Origin: Eledone cirrhosa
Taxonomy: Eukaryota
DNA: 64,000 bases
Reading direction: 5' to 3'
Assembly: GCA_964016885.1 (NCBI GenBank)
Contig: OZ024741.1
Coordinates: 194,060,001 to 194,124,000, forward strand
Below the pieces are notes generated by a model. The model saw nothing but the letters and a program-made list of their open reading frames with translations. It made no database searches and had not been told where the DNA came from. Of this stretch, positions 52,933 through 64,000 are shown in pieces; the first letter of the stretch is position 1; the number at the start of each line of letters is the position of its first letter. The translations under genes were made by a program, and so were the position numbers.

Positions 52933-54311
52933 TTTCCAACAGCAACAACTTTCATAAAGGGACGACGATTCTCTCTCTCTGGCTCTCTTACTCTCCCTCC
53001 CTCCTACTCTCTCTTTCCTCTTAGTATTTCAATAATTGAAAGAGAAGGCTGCTGCCTCCTTCCGTCTCTTAGTAACTCTCGACAGGAGGGGGAAGCTACT
53101 ACCCTCTCTACAGTTTTCGCTATTACACTGTTACTATCCCTCCCCATTGACATCCTAAATCTCTATTTCCATTTCTCTTTGTTACCATCTAGTTGTCTCT
53201 CTATATGTCATCCTCTTTACTACAAGATAGAAGGGAGATGCACAAAGATGGTACGGCGTAGTGGGAGGAGTAGAAAGTGTTACCTTCATTATACTTTTAT
53301 TACCCCAATGGGTATCGGGAGATGACTACAGTTAAAAAAGGTACCCAATACGTTAGGAGAGTATCGGCGACTTTATTTTATATTGGAATTACTATTATCT
53401 CTCCATTTCTTTGTAGGGGATGAAGCAGTGCCTCCGTCATTTGAATGAAGACGAGGGTGTATATAGAGGCGAATGTGCTACTCACTATATATATATATAT
53501 CCCTCCCACTTTACTCTCTTATTCTCTTTTTAACTATCACTTTCTTTCTCTACGTATTTCATGAAAGAAGGGGAGTACTTGCAGTGACTCTATACGACAG
53601 CGGGTGTGATCTTACTACATGACATACTACCTATTCCACTTCTTTATCATCTTCTATCTACTTTTCCATCTGCTTCTAAACTATATATATATTATATACC
53701 CTATGTATTGTGTAGTTACTCGACCTACTAGAAATAGCGGCCAAATCTGCCTCTAAAAAAAAAAAAGTGTTGGATACTGTAGTCTTAGATACACAATGTC
53801 TGAAATAAAATTTGGATGGTTTGCACAATACTTAGCTTCCTTTTTCATTTGGTGTTACATATATGTTTTTTTCGAGAGACAGATGCTTGTTGGCTTTGTC
53901 TTGTTTATTCCTTCTTTTCACTTTATATATCGTATCTATGTGTATTTATACACACACGTGTGTATATCATTTGTCTCTCTCTTACATCAACTCACACCGA
54001 CTAGTTTTATTTATTTTGTTCCGTCATATCTCTTTTACAAATAATGTTTTTCTTTCTCTCTTAAACAATTTCCTTTCTCTACCATGTTTCCTATGAAAGG
54101 GAAATATAGCATATAATGAGTATATATTCACATAGTCGTTTAGATATATATATATATATATAGGTAACATGTATTAAAATATAGTATATATGTATATAAT
54201 GTGCATAATAACTTGAGTATGCTTACATATTTTCTGATATATGCATGGTATGCATTTATATACACATATGTATGTGTGTGTATATATATGTATGTATATA
54301 TATATATATAT

Positions 54312-54390
54312 ATAGGAAAATCTTCAAGACCCCGACGACTATTTCTGGACGGTCCAGAAATAGCCGTCGGGGTCTTGAAGATTTTCCTAT
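54312..54390. repeat. 39-bp-arm palindrome attached to a repeat (54385-54470) that recurs inverted at 56210-56292
   Basis: Arms 54312-54350 and 54352-54390, with one mismatch (54338/54364) and a 1-nt centre. Confidence 0.9.
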
Positions 54391-55240
54391 TACCCACCTC
54401 TACTACCCTAAGTATTGAGTACTCTGGTGCGTTATGGTCCACCTGGTTCCTTACCACACTTCCTTCGTTATATATATATGTGTATTCATTTCCTATTGAC
54501 CTAGACAGACATCACATAATCCTATATTCGTTCTTCGGAACAAAACGATCGGTAGTAAGGAAAATCTATAAACTACGTATATTATAATTATTCACATATC
54601 AGACTACATTAAAGATTAAAAAGAAATATTTCAAGTTTATTTAAGTACAACTGGACCATATCTCACCTCCCACGGCGAACACTTCCTTTTTACGACCCTC
54701 AATTTTTATATACATATCTATAAAATTACTAAACCTGAATTCCTATAAATGCATTGTTTTGGAAGTAAACATAATTTGATAATTAATTAGATAATTTAAG
54801 AGTATTATGTTCCGAGTTGCTTATTTAATTTTATATATCTCTACCCTCACCACATACAACATAAACGAATTACAGAATCCTTTGGGATTGTTTAACCGCA
54901 AATTAATATAAATGCTATATAAACTATAAATATCAATAACAAAGAGTAGCTAATTTAAGTGTTTATTCATTATATTCCGACGTGAAACCACTAAATTCCA
55001 GTGTGATCAGGTGTCAAGTCAACCTAGCTGGTCTCCAGCCCTCTACTACGTCAACCTGATGCAATCCATGTTGTTAACATCTGTCCTTCAACATAATAGA
55101 GATGCTAAGGATTTGTTTTCTTTACATCAGCAGCTGGAATATAGACTGTTACTTGTTTCTGTGCAAATGTAATTCTTTGTCAGACAGTTGATCAAAATCA
55201 TCGAGCTGCAATCTGTAATTATAATAAATATCTACAATGC

Positions 55241-55438
55241 TGCGCGCACATGTGAGAAGGAACGTAAACGCACCGGTTTTAAGTGATTTATACCTATAAT
55301 TAAAGTTCAACAATCAGGGTTATTGTATTTTTCCCATTCCTGTCGTTTATTTATTTTGTTGATTCTCTGTTGGCTGTTGATTGTTTTCAGCATGTGAGAG
55401 TTTATTTTGCCAGTGAAAACCATGTGGGGATGACGTCA
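55241..55438. promoter_or_regulatory. Candidate promoter/enhancer motifs upstream of Caprin
   Basis: TGCGCGCA (NRF1-like) at 55241-55248 and a full CRE TGACGTCA at 55431-55438, in non-repetitive sequence ~2.4 kb upstream of the ATG. Confidence 0.35.
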
Positions 55439-56096
55439 GAGAGGCGTAATTGTAATGAATGAGATGTTTATTGCAAACCTTAGGTAAACATGAACTTTTC
55501 CCTACAAAACCATGTAATGGCTAGTTTGAGCTAGAAGTATAAATTTGTTTAAGGGAGATATCGATTATTTTCAATAAATTTGATTTTTTAAAAATCCCTA
55601 ATTTCATTAAGAAAAACACATTTCAGGTATTCGAATGTATAGAAAGTCAATCATTGTATATTTGAGAAATTTATTTTAAAATGAAACGAAAGGTACAAAA
55701 AAATATATATTTCCTCCGGTAAAGATATTTTTGTAATAATTCAGATGTGTAAAAATTCTCAGTAACTTTTTTAAAAAAAAACTAAACCCTATTTTTATCA
55801 TATGCCGGTTATTATTATATATTCATATTTTATAAGACTTGATTTGATGAGTTACATTTTCATATCATTAGTAATGATAAAATATATATTTCGACTAGGC
55901 TAACTTTGCATACATACATACACAAAGAGGAAAAGAGAGAAAGAGGTACAATTTCGACCGCCAAACCCTGTCGGAACTGCAAGCTGGCTTCGGAATGTTA
56001 CTTCTTCAATATATCCACTCTATTTCATATCAAGCGTCGAGTACTACCCTAATTTTTGGTCTTCCTGGTCTTCGCACCGCAGACATATATATATAT

Positions 56097-56176
56097 ACAT
56101 GGTGTCCCCAAAAAATGTATACACAATTTGATTAGAATGCTATTGAAGTGTGTTTACATTTTTGGGGGACACCCCT
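56097..56176. mobile_element. Tiny Tc1-like MITE
   Basis: Inverted ends GGTGTCCCCAAAAAATGTATACAC / GTGTTTACATTTTTGGGGGACACC. Confidence 0.7.
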
Positions 56177-56889
56177 TCTCGCTCTCTCTCTGTATATATA
56201 TATTTATATAACGAAGGAAATGTGGTAAGGAACCAGGTGGACCCATAACGCACCAAAGTACTCAATACTTAGGGTAGTCGAGTGGGTAATAGGGACGAGT
56301 AGGACCCCGACGGCTGAGCTCAAGCCGTTTCGACGGCTAATTAATTATATATATATATATACTAGCTGAGGTACCCGGGAGGGCAGTTAGGAGAAGACGG
56401 ATAAAAGAGAAAACGACTGTTGGATGTGTTGTCTGGGGGAGTAAACTACCAGTTAAATGATAGCATTGGCTTTGGGTTTTAAATGTGAAATAACTATAGT
56501 TTGTATGATCTTTTTCAGCTCCAAAGGACGTCATCTGAAACACAGTAATACAGCGCATAACATTGCTTCTGGAGTGTTGCTTCGTTAGTACGGACTGTAA
56601 GTAGTATATGTATAAAAGCTGTAGGGTAGATTCATTTCTAATAGTATCAATTTTTCTTTGTTCTGTAAAATCAATGACTGTAAAACGACTTTATATTGTT
56701 AAACCTTCAACTGATACTTTTGTGGGACGTCACTCTCTCTCTGAATATCTAACACTTTAATTGTATCTCTCTCTGTATAACGGCCTATCTCTCTCTTTCT
56801 GCCTCTGTCTCTCTCTATCTCTTTAGATGTGTGTGTAGTTTTCGTGTGATTCAACCAACTAACCAATAAAGATCTTTCCTTTATATATA

Positions 56890-57287
56890 TATATTCTAGG
56901 GCGGGTAAAATTCCCGAGATCCATGGACGAGTTCTCTCCAGCGGTCTCTGTCCCTCATTATTGCTGCCATGTCCTGCGTCTCCAACAGACCAGTGTTTGT
57001 CCTTAGGGCATCAACATACGTATTTGGGAGCAAAGATTGGGAATACGGAAGATGATGTGGTTGAGAGGAAGAGCAAAGCCTGGCCGGCGTGCCACAGCTT
57101 GAGATCGGTGTGGAAGTCGGACCTTCGTAAAGACCTGAAAATCCGCCTTTTCATTGCTATAGTGGAGTCTGTGCTGCTGTACAGGTCTGAGACTTGGACA
57201 CTGACCAAGAAACTCACTCAGATGGTGGATGGGTGCTACACAAGAATGCTGAGGATGGCTCTGAACATTAATCAGTATACACTGAGG

Positions 57288-57290
<3 letters not shown>
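56890..57290 (+). mobile_element. RTE-like LINE fragment (different subfamily)
   Basis: YLG..KAW..LRSVWKS..KIRLFIAIVESVLLYRSETWTLTK..DGCYTRMLRMAL. Confidence 0.85.
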
Positions 57291-57322
<32 letters not shown>

Positions 57323-57325
57323 GAG

Positions 57326-57494
57326 AGTATTTCCCGGCACCGAAGACGCCTCGTCCTCGAGGATGCACCCTTATTTTGACAACCGAAAATTTGAAGAAAA
57401 ATAATAAACAACCTTCGGCCTCCAGGTCGCATGGTAGATTTTTCAGACTTATTTTAGGAAAAAGGTAATGTCTTCCACGCCGAGAAATATGGTA
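57326..57494. mobile_element. Small MITE
   Basis: Inverted ends GTATTTCCCGGC..GAAGAC / GTCTTC..GCCGAGAAATATGGTA. Confidence 0.6.
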
Positions 57495-57727
57495 ATTACA
57501 ATCTTATTTCTTGCCCTAGCACAGCTGATACATAAATGTAAGTATATATATATATATGTAAGTATATATATATATTGTTATACTTTGGGAGGGTCATGTT
57601 GCTAATAAGAAACACATGCACCAGTTGCTTTCACTCCAATTTATTATAAATTAAATTATAAATTTAAGAAATTTATAAATTTCCGGTTGGTTGGTGGGTT
57701 CCACAACTGGACGGTTGTTCATATATT

Positions 57728-57768
57728 GTCAAAGTTCTTTCATCACATTCTGTGACCTCATCAGTGAC
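57728..57768 (-). ncRNA. Minimal type I hammerhead ribozyme motif in the 3' region of the Penelope element
   Basis: Minus strand: GTCA-CUGAUGA-g-GTCACA gaa TGTGAT-GAAA-GAA-CUU-TGAC. Confidence 0.72.
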
Positions 57769-57950
57769 CGGGGATTCTTTTCTTTGTTTTGTGCCTCTCT
57801 TTTGTTCTATCCTACGCCATCTTGTTTTTGTGTGTGTTGTGTGCATAGTTTGCACATGTGTTACATCCAGGTGTCTGTGTGTTTTTATTTGTTTATTTAC
57901 ATGTTACTAGTTGGTTGTTTGTTCTATGTGTGTGTGTTTTCATTTTATCC

Positions 57951-59138
57951 TTAATTGTAAGTTGTGATGTTGCTATTCCAGTCATGTTTTCTATTTAATT
58001 TTGGTTGGAGTTCATTTATGTTTATTGCGTCTGTGATTTGTCTAAACATTGCGTCTTTTCTGTGTGTAGATTTTATTTTTATTTCTATGTTCTCTAATTT
58101 GCCCTTATGTACTATTTTAGTGTGTTGGTGGAGTACTGATGAGTCTTTTCTACCTTGAAGCTCTCGCCAGTGTTCATTTAATCGTTCTCCTATACTACGA
58201 GCTGTCTCACCTATGTACACTATATTCTTATCTTTACATTGTCCCTCAGTACATCTTATGCTATATACTATGTTTCTAGTTTTGCAGTTAATATGGAGGC
58301 TTAGTTTACAGATTATGCATTTCATATCTATACAGGGAGGTCTTTGAAAAGGGTATGTCTTGCTAATAAGTGTTTTTATGGAGGTACCTGGTCTTTCCAC
58401 TATCTTAATATTTAGTTTAAGTTTATCTAGGGCCCTTCTAAATTTGTAAGCTAATTCACCTCTAGGGGTTGTATTGATGAACATTACACTCTGGTATTTA
58501 TTGCTATCATGCCATGAGTTTATTATATTAACCTTATTCCTAGTTCTTTCTATTCTATTTCAAAATTTGCTCCTATACAAGGGGCAGGTCCCATTTGTAT
58601 CATTATTTACCATTTTTTCCCATTTGGTTCTGGCTCCTCTATATACTCTGATTTTATCTCTCTGATTGTCACCAGAGAACTGCATACGGTGGATGAAGTG
58701 TTGTATGTGTCTCTCTAGTTTTTCGGGGTTGCACATGCGGGACACGTTCCTCATCACCCGTACTAAATCCGCAATCAGTATGTTGATTTTGGTGTGATCC
58801 GAAACAGCTGAGTTTCGGTGGATCAGGTATTTGGAAGTCATGGGTTTGGCATAATGGGAATGGAGGATTTGTTTTTTGTTATTAATGGTTTCTAACCAGA
58901 GCTCTGTGTCTAGTACAGGTAATCGATGGTTGGGGTGTTTGCTTGAGTAGTCTATAGTAAATCTAATACTCTGGTGGATGGAGTTAGCTATTTGCTGGAT
59001 GCTTTCCATCGTGTTTTTCTCTAATTCCTGACTGTTCTCTAGTCGGGGTGTTTTTACTACAATGTTTATATCATCTACATACATAATCAGAGGTCCGACG
59101 AGCTTTTGATTCCAGAGTCGGGCTAGATGGTTACACAT
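57951..59138 (-). mobile_element. Penelope-like element (RT + GIY-YIG), Naiad-like, 5'-truncated
   Basis: MYVDDI, LPVLDTELW, HYAKPM, a C....CxxC linker, NIVYSIRC..YIGETARSIGERLNEH, H...H, LNRKHDW. One in-frame TGA at 58562-58560. Confidence 0.88.
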
Positions 59139-59680
59139 TGAACCTTGAGCTGATCAGTAGCGTCGCAACCAATAAACGTAATGAAACAGTAACCACTCGT
59201 CCTTGTATTATTATATTACACTCTGTCTACTAGCTCTACACCTCGATACTGACGTGAACCTAAACATCGAGTGCTCACCCGGGTGAACATACAGTAACTC
59301 CCCATTACACTCCCTATATATATATATATATATATATGATAACAAGGTATCGTTGAAGGTAATCCAGCTAGAGGTGAGTATTCTGTGTTGAGGATAGTTT
59401 TAACGTACTATATATATATATATAAATATGTATATATATATATATATAATGGAAAAATGGCGTACAACGGGAGGAAACATAATTGTTTCTACATTTGGCA
59501 CAAGGCCAGCAATTACCCCAGTACATTACTGGTACTTTATTTTATCGACCCTGTAAGGATGAAAGGCAAAGTTAACCTCGACGGGATTTGAACTGAGACC
59601 GTAAAGGGACGTAACTATGCTGGAAAGCATGGCGTCCAACCCTCTACCGATACTGCCAATTCAACGGCAGGAAACATAAT

Positions 59681-59730
59681 AGTACCACTGATGATGTCAC
59701 AGATGTGTGACGAAAGAACTTTGATAGACT
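59681..59730 (+). ncRNA. Hammerhead motif of the same family as 57728-57768, in opposite orientation
   Basis: CUGAUGA-t-GTCACA gatg TGTGAC-GAAA-GAA-CUU-TGA. Stem I is degenerate. Confidence 0.6.
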
Positions 59731-60329
59731 ATATATATATATATTTATATCAGTATTTTTAACTGTTGGTCAATCAATGACAAACATTGATTGCCAGATA
59801 AATGGAGATATAAAAGATACAGATGCGAAAACCAACCCAAACCAAACAGAGTGTGTTCTGTTATTATTTCTGGCAATATTATAACAATATGATCCTCCCC
59901 AAGTATAACAATATTTGTTTCAATATACGATTTCATATCAAAAACCTTGAAAAACAAATACATACATGCATACACGCATGCATACATATATATATATATA
60001 TACATACATACATACGCGCACGTATACTGATTATAAATCTTTTGTTTTATTGTTCAATAAAGAATTGTCGAAATATATTCTTTGTTAGATCCGGCCATGT
60101 TTTATCTTCACTAACCACCTATAGTTCAAACTGTTATTAACTTCACTAACCTCACCAAGTCAATAAGACAGATGATCCCTCTCACTCGCACACCCATCTG
60201 TTTTCTTGCTTTTTTTAATCTATTATTCTACGAACAGAAGTCATAGTGGTTAATTGATAGTTTATTTGCCAGAGATGTGACACGTAAATATGAAGATAAA
60301 ATTTTCTATCAGTCTTAATTTAACAATAA

Positions 60330-61440
60330 TACGAAGCGGTAACCAGGAAAGGTGGGTTGGCCTGCAGCTCGGCACCTGGAGAGACATGTCCATGCCGTCC
60401 AACAAAGTTGTCGAGCATTGGACGGACGGACCGGTTCAATTACTCGGAGTTTGGTTTGGACCAAACCTCCAGATGGACAAATACTGGCAGAAATGGGCCG
60501 AGAGGAAGCTATCATTGAAGATTTAGGCAGAGGTGGCGAACGCGTACATCACGTCCATCTTCTACTACCGCTTGGCCGTCGTGCCTTGTTCTAGCCCACG
60601 TCTGACTGCACTGGAACATCTACTCTTTCATTTTTTGTGGAGGGGTCAGGTTCCATTGGTCAGGTGGTCTATCTGCTATCAAGACCTGCTACGTGGAGGA
60701 ATGGGTATGCTGAGGCTACGACATCTCCAACTTTTCCTTAATGGTGAACGGTTGTAGTCGCCGTTCACTGGACACGTTTTTCCCCAGCTCATTTCCTTGA
60801 CGGAGCTGCAGTCTTGAGTCAAGCGAAGACCAAGAGGGAACGCTTGGAGACTGGAATGTTTTCAACGCTCACAGCCCTCAGCTTATCGGACAGTACGATC
60901 GGTGGAAACTCCACCTTAGCGTTCTATAGAAAGTTAGTGGCAAAAAAAAAATTACGATGTTTTTGAGGCTCTGGGCATTGATGAAAATCAACTAGCCACT
61001 CTTTTCCAGGGAATTTCAGTCCAAGGCCCATGCTCAACTTCCAGAAATCCCTGGCCTGACAGTGCTACCGAGGAGCTTTGCCAGTTCGAGATAAACTCTA
61101 CAGGCATGCAAGTGCCGTCAGCCGGGCCTGTCCGAAGTGAGCACATGGCGACAAAACTGTCCTGCATGCACTCATCAAGTATCCGAGTATCGCTGGCCTG
61201 TGGGTGTGTGTCGAGCACCTGCTGTCACGTGTAGGATGGATCCAACTATCAACTAAGTCCATTGTGAAGATCGCCCCCACCATCTTCCTTCAGAGAAGTA
61301 CAGGCAGTTTTTTATTTGCCAGGGGGCCATAGTGAAAGAGGTTGTGTGGTAGACGCGTTTGAAAGGGTTGAAGACAGCTACTTTCCTCTTCGGCGAAGCC
61401 CCGATTAACTTTTTCAGGTTTCACTTGAAGAGGAAAATCA
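60330..61440 (+). mobile_element. Tx1/L1-like LINE ORF2 C-terminal fragment (degenerate)
   Basis: PVQLLGVWFG, LLFHFLWRGQ, GGMGM, and a decayed CP.C......H....C zinc knuckle. Confidence 0.8.
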
Positions 61441-61450
61441 TTTTCCTCTT

Positions 61451-62215
61451 CATGATTTTCCTTTTCAGGTGAAACCTGAAAAAGTTAATGAGGGCGTCAC
61501 CGAAGAGGAAAGTACCCGTCTTCAACCCTTTCAGACGAGTCCACGATACGACCTCTTTTACCATAGCCACCAGGCAGATAAAAACTGCCTGTCCCTCCTG
61601 GTTAAAGGAGGGTGGTGAGATAATATTCACGATGGACTCAGCTGATAGCTGGATCCGTCCTACGCGTGACAGCAGGTGTTCAACATAAACCCACAAGTCA
61701 GCGATGCTTGGACACTGGACGAGTGTGTGCAGGGCGGACTCGTTGTCCGACGCGCATCTCGGACAGGCCCAATTGACGGAACTTCCATGCCTGTAAAGTT
61801 TATCTTGAACTGGCAAACCTCCTCTGTAACACTGCCAGGCCAGAGATTTTGGGATGTTGTCCATGGGCCCCGACCCGAAAGTTCTCCCGGAGAGATTGAC
61901 AAGTTGATTTTCGTCGACGCCCAGAGTCTCCCCAAGGACGTCGTCACTCTTTTCCTCCACTAACCCTCTATAGAACGCCAAGGTGGAGTTTCTAACGATC
62001 GCATCATCCGATTGGTCGAGGGCTGTAAGCGCCTGAAGACATTCCAGTCTCAAAGTGTTCCCTCTCGGTCTTCGCTTGGCCCAGGACTGCACCTCCGTCA
62101 AGGAGACGAGCTGGGGGAGAACGCGTCTGGCAAACGGCGACCACACTTGTTCGCTGTCGAGGAAGAGGTGGAGATGCTGTAACCTGGGTGCATATCAACC
62201 ATGGCATGCCTATAA
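61451..62215 (-). mobile_element. Second Tx1/L1-like fragment, tail-to-tail with the previous one
   Basis: ORF with SLAWQCYRGGLPVQDKL, CPRCASDNESALHTLVQCP. It is the reverse-complement homolog of 60690-61440. Confidence 0.85.
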
Positions 62216-62681
62216 CAGAAGGAGTGTGGAATATATATTTATACTTTTCAGCAATTACAGATGAGTTGGAACATTTACCAATACTTGTTGTATTACATAT
62301 AAAAGTACAATTTAATCCTTATAAGATAAGGCTTCGAGGAAATACCTTTGTTCGTGGTGATTCTTCCTTTATACTTGTATCAACGGGCTTCTGATATCCA
62401 TATATAAATAATTATGCCTTCAACACTCGATACGTTATATAAACATTTATTATTCGTAGGCCAAATGTATAAACACACACGAGGATATTAAAATATATAA
62501 ACAGTAACTAGCCATACATTTGCTAAGTCAGCCAAGGCTAGAGAGAAACTTCCCAGAACAATGCAGGAAACGTTGAATACATCTTTGTTGATAATATTCA
62601 GTACTTCTTCATAGGACACATATTCAGTAGTACGTCTTCTGTTGGCGGTCGAAATTTTCTGTGGTGAACCCAATTTACTAG

Positions 62682-62745
62682 ACCGGAAGTAACAGTATAT
62701 TCATGTGCGACTTAAACGATTGGTCTACCTAACCAAATCGCGCGT
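62682..62745. promoter_or_regulatory. Candidate CpG-containing core promoter
   Basis: Clustered ETS motif ACCGGAAGT (62682-62690), inverted CCAAT (62719-62723) and TCGCGCG (62738-62744). Confidence 0.45.
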
Positions 62746-62923
62746 GAAATATTGTTATTGCGAGGTATGAAGTAATGCCGCTACATCACCCACTACTTAG
62801 ACCGCGATGCGGTCCATAAGAATGAGAAGAAAATAACTGAAAAGGTAACACAAATCAAACAAGTAAATACAAAATTGAAAAAAAAAAGACTAGTTCATAC
62901 TTTAAGGCAAATTTCAAAGTTTG

Positions 62924-63655
62924 TTATACATAAATTGTTTTACACAGTCTCTTGGGCCAATGGACACGTATGTTGAAGGTGGCGGAGTGTGTGTATGAGC
63001 TTGTGGTGCTTGCGGTAGTGTTTGTCATGACACAGTGTTTGTTTGTGTGCGAAAGAACACGATAAGGTCCTGTGTAAGGCGGCGTGGGAGGACTTCTCAC
63101 GGCGCCCTTCCTAAGGAACACATGGGTCTATGAATCAATGTCCTTCGGAACCAAAGATTTAGTAGTTTGTTACTGAGGATTCATCGGCGGAAGATCGTTA
63201 AAATACGATCGAAGTCTGTGTACGTACACAGCGGTATCTGACAAAGAAAAGTCAACTGGGGCCAACATCTGACCCGGCAGAGATAAAGGTACTCCGTAAA
63301 CTAACTCGGCTGGGGAGTATCCGATATCCTCCTTGACTGCTGAACGACAGCGAAGAAGGATAATGGGTAGGTACTCTTTCCAACGCTGCTGATGAGGATA
63401 AGCACACAAGGCAGCTTTCAATTGGCGGTGGAAGCGTTCTACCATGTCGCAATATCCAATCCGATACCAGGGCTCGCGTTACAGATTCTGCCGAAATGTC
63501 ACTTAAAGGAATGGCTTCAGGCCAACGTGTGAAGCGGTCGATACAGGTAAGGAGATACGTGAATCCCTGACTGACTGGCCAAGGTCCAACAAGATCAATA
63601 TGCACATGGCTGAAACGAGCATCTGGAGTGCTAAATGTGCCGAGGGGTGCGTGCA
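62924..63655 (-). mobile_element. Ty3/gypsy integrase fragment
   Basis: [45 protein letters not shown], and the GPY/F motif PPYTGPYRVL. Confidence 0.9.
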
Positions 63656-64000
63656 GTGGTGGATTAACAATATAAGCAAAGTAAGCACGTGCTTAGGGCA
63701 TCAAAGGAAGAAGGGGCACCTCAAAAAAATTTTATATGATGAATTTACAGTTTAAATTATTAAATTAATTAATTTTATAGCAATTTTCAAAATGAAATAA
63801 ATGAATAAATTCGGTATAAACATAGTTGTTCATTTCAGTTTATTTGTTAAATCTCAGTTTTTCAGACGTTTATCTTTAGAAATTTTTCTGAAACTCCAAT
63901 GTATTCTGGTTCAATTTTAAAATGGCTACATGCTTGTTGAAATGTTTTTTAATGAATATAGCCACCAGCTGAAAGTTTTTTATACTCCCAATCCCAACTA

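Noticed and set aside
58560-58562. Single in-frame TGA in the Naiad-like ORF as possible selenocysteine (some Naiads are selenoproteins)
   Set aside because: The context PLYRSKF* fits a Trp position (TGG->TGA), the zinc-finger Cys codons are normal, and I see no SECIS-like stem downstream.
63655-64000. Possible hAT element end (CAGTGGTGGATT)
   Set aside because: Only one putative terminus is in the window and there is no transposase evidence.

Overview
AT-rich, microsatellite-laden eukaryotic (animal) genomic DNA. The SINE/RTE-LINE content and composition suggest a coleoid cephalopod such as Octopus, but that is an inference. The one clearly identifiable host gene is a minus-strand Caprin (CAPRIN1-like RNA-granule protein). 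Its ATG exon is 52932-52822, and six frame-consistent downstream coding exons run from 29815 to the stop at 12737. The expected middle exons are not visible and probably lie in the N-gap at 29816-30015. Most of the rest is transposon debris: four piggyBac-like elements (one nested in another), a Ty3/gypsy LTR element with intact LTRs and TSD inserted into an RTE LINE, several RTE LINEs and SINEs, two Penelope-like elements of different clades, a GC-rich CRE-like retroelement, a tail-to-tail Tx1/L1-like pair, mariners, MITEs, Helentron-like elements and a gypsy integrase fragment. The most interesting observations are several type I hammerhead ribozyme motifs tied to the Penelope elements, tandem PAM2-like motifs in Caprin, and a candidate alternative Caprin last exon (hydrophobic, ending KHKK...CYC) that could instead be a 3'-UTR intron. 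Perfect intronic hairpins near Caprin exons and a possible nested microprotein gene in Caprin intron 1 are also worth checking. All calls were made by reading the sequence; no searches were run.
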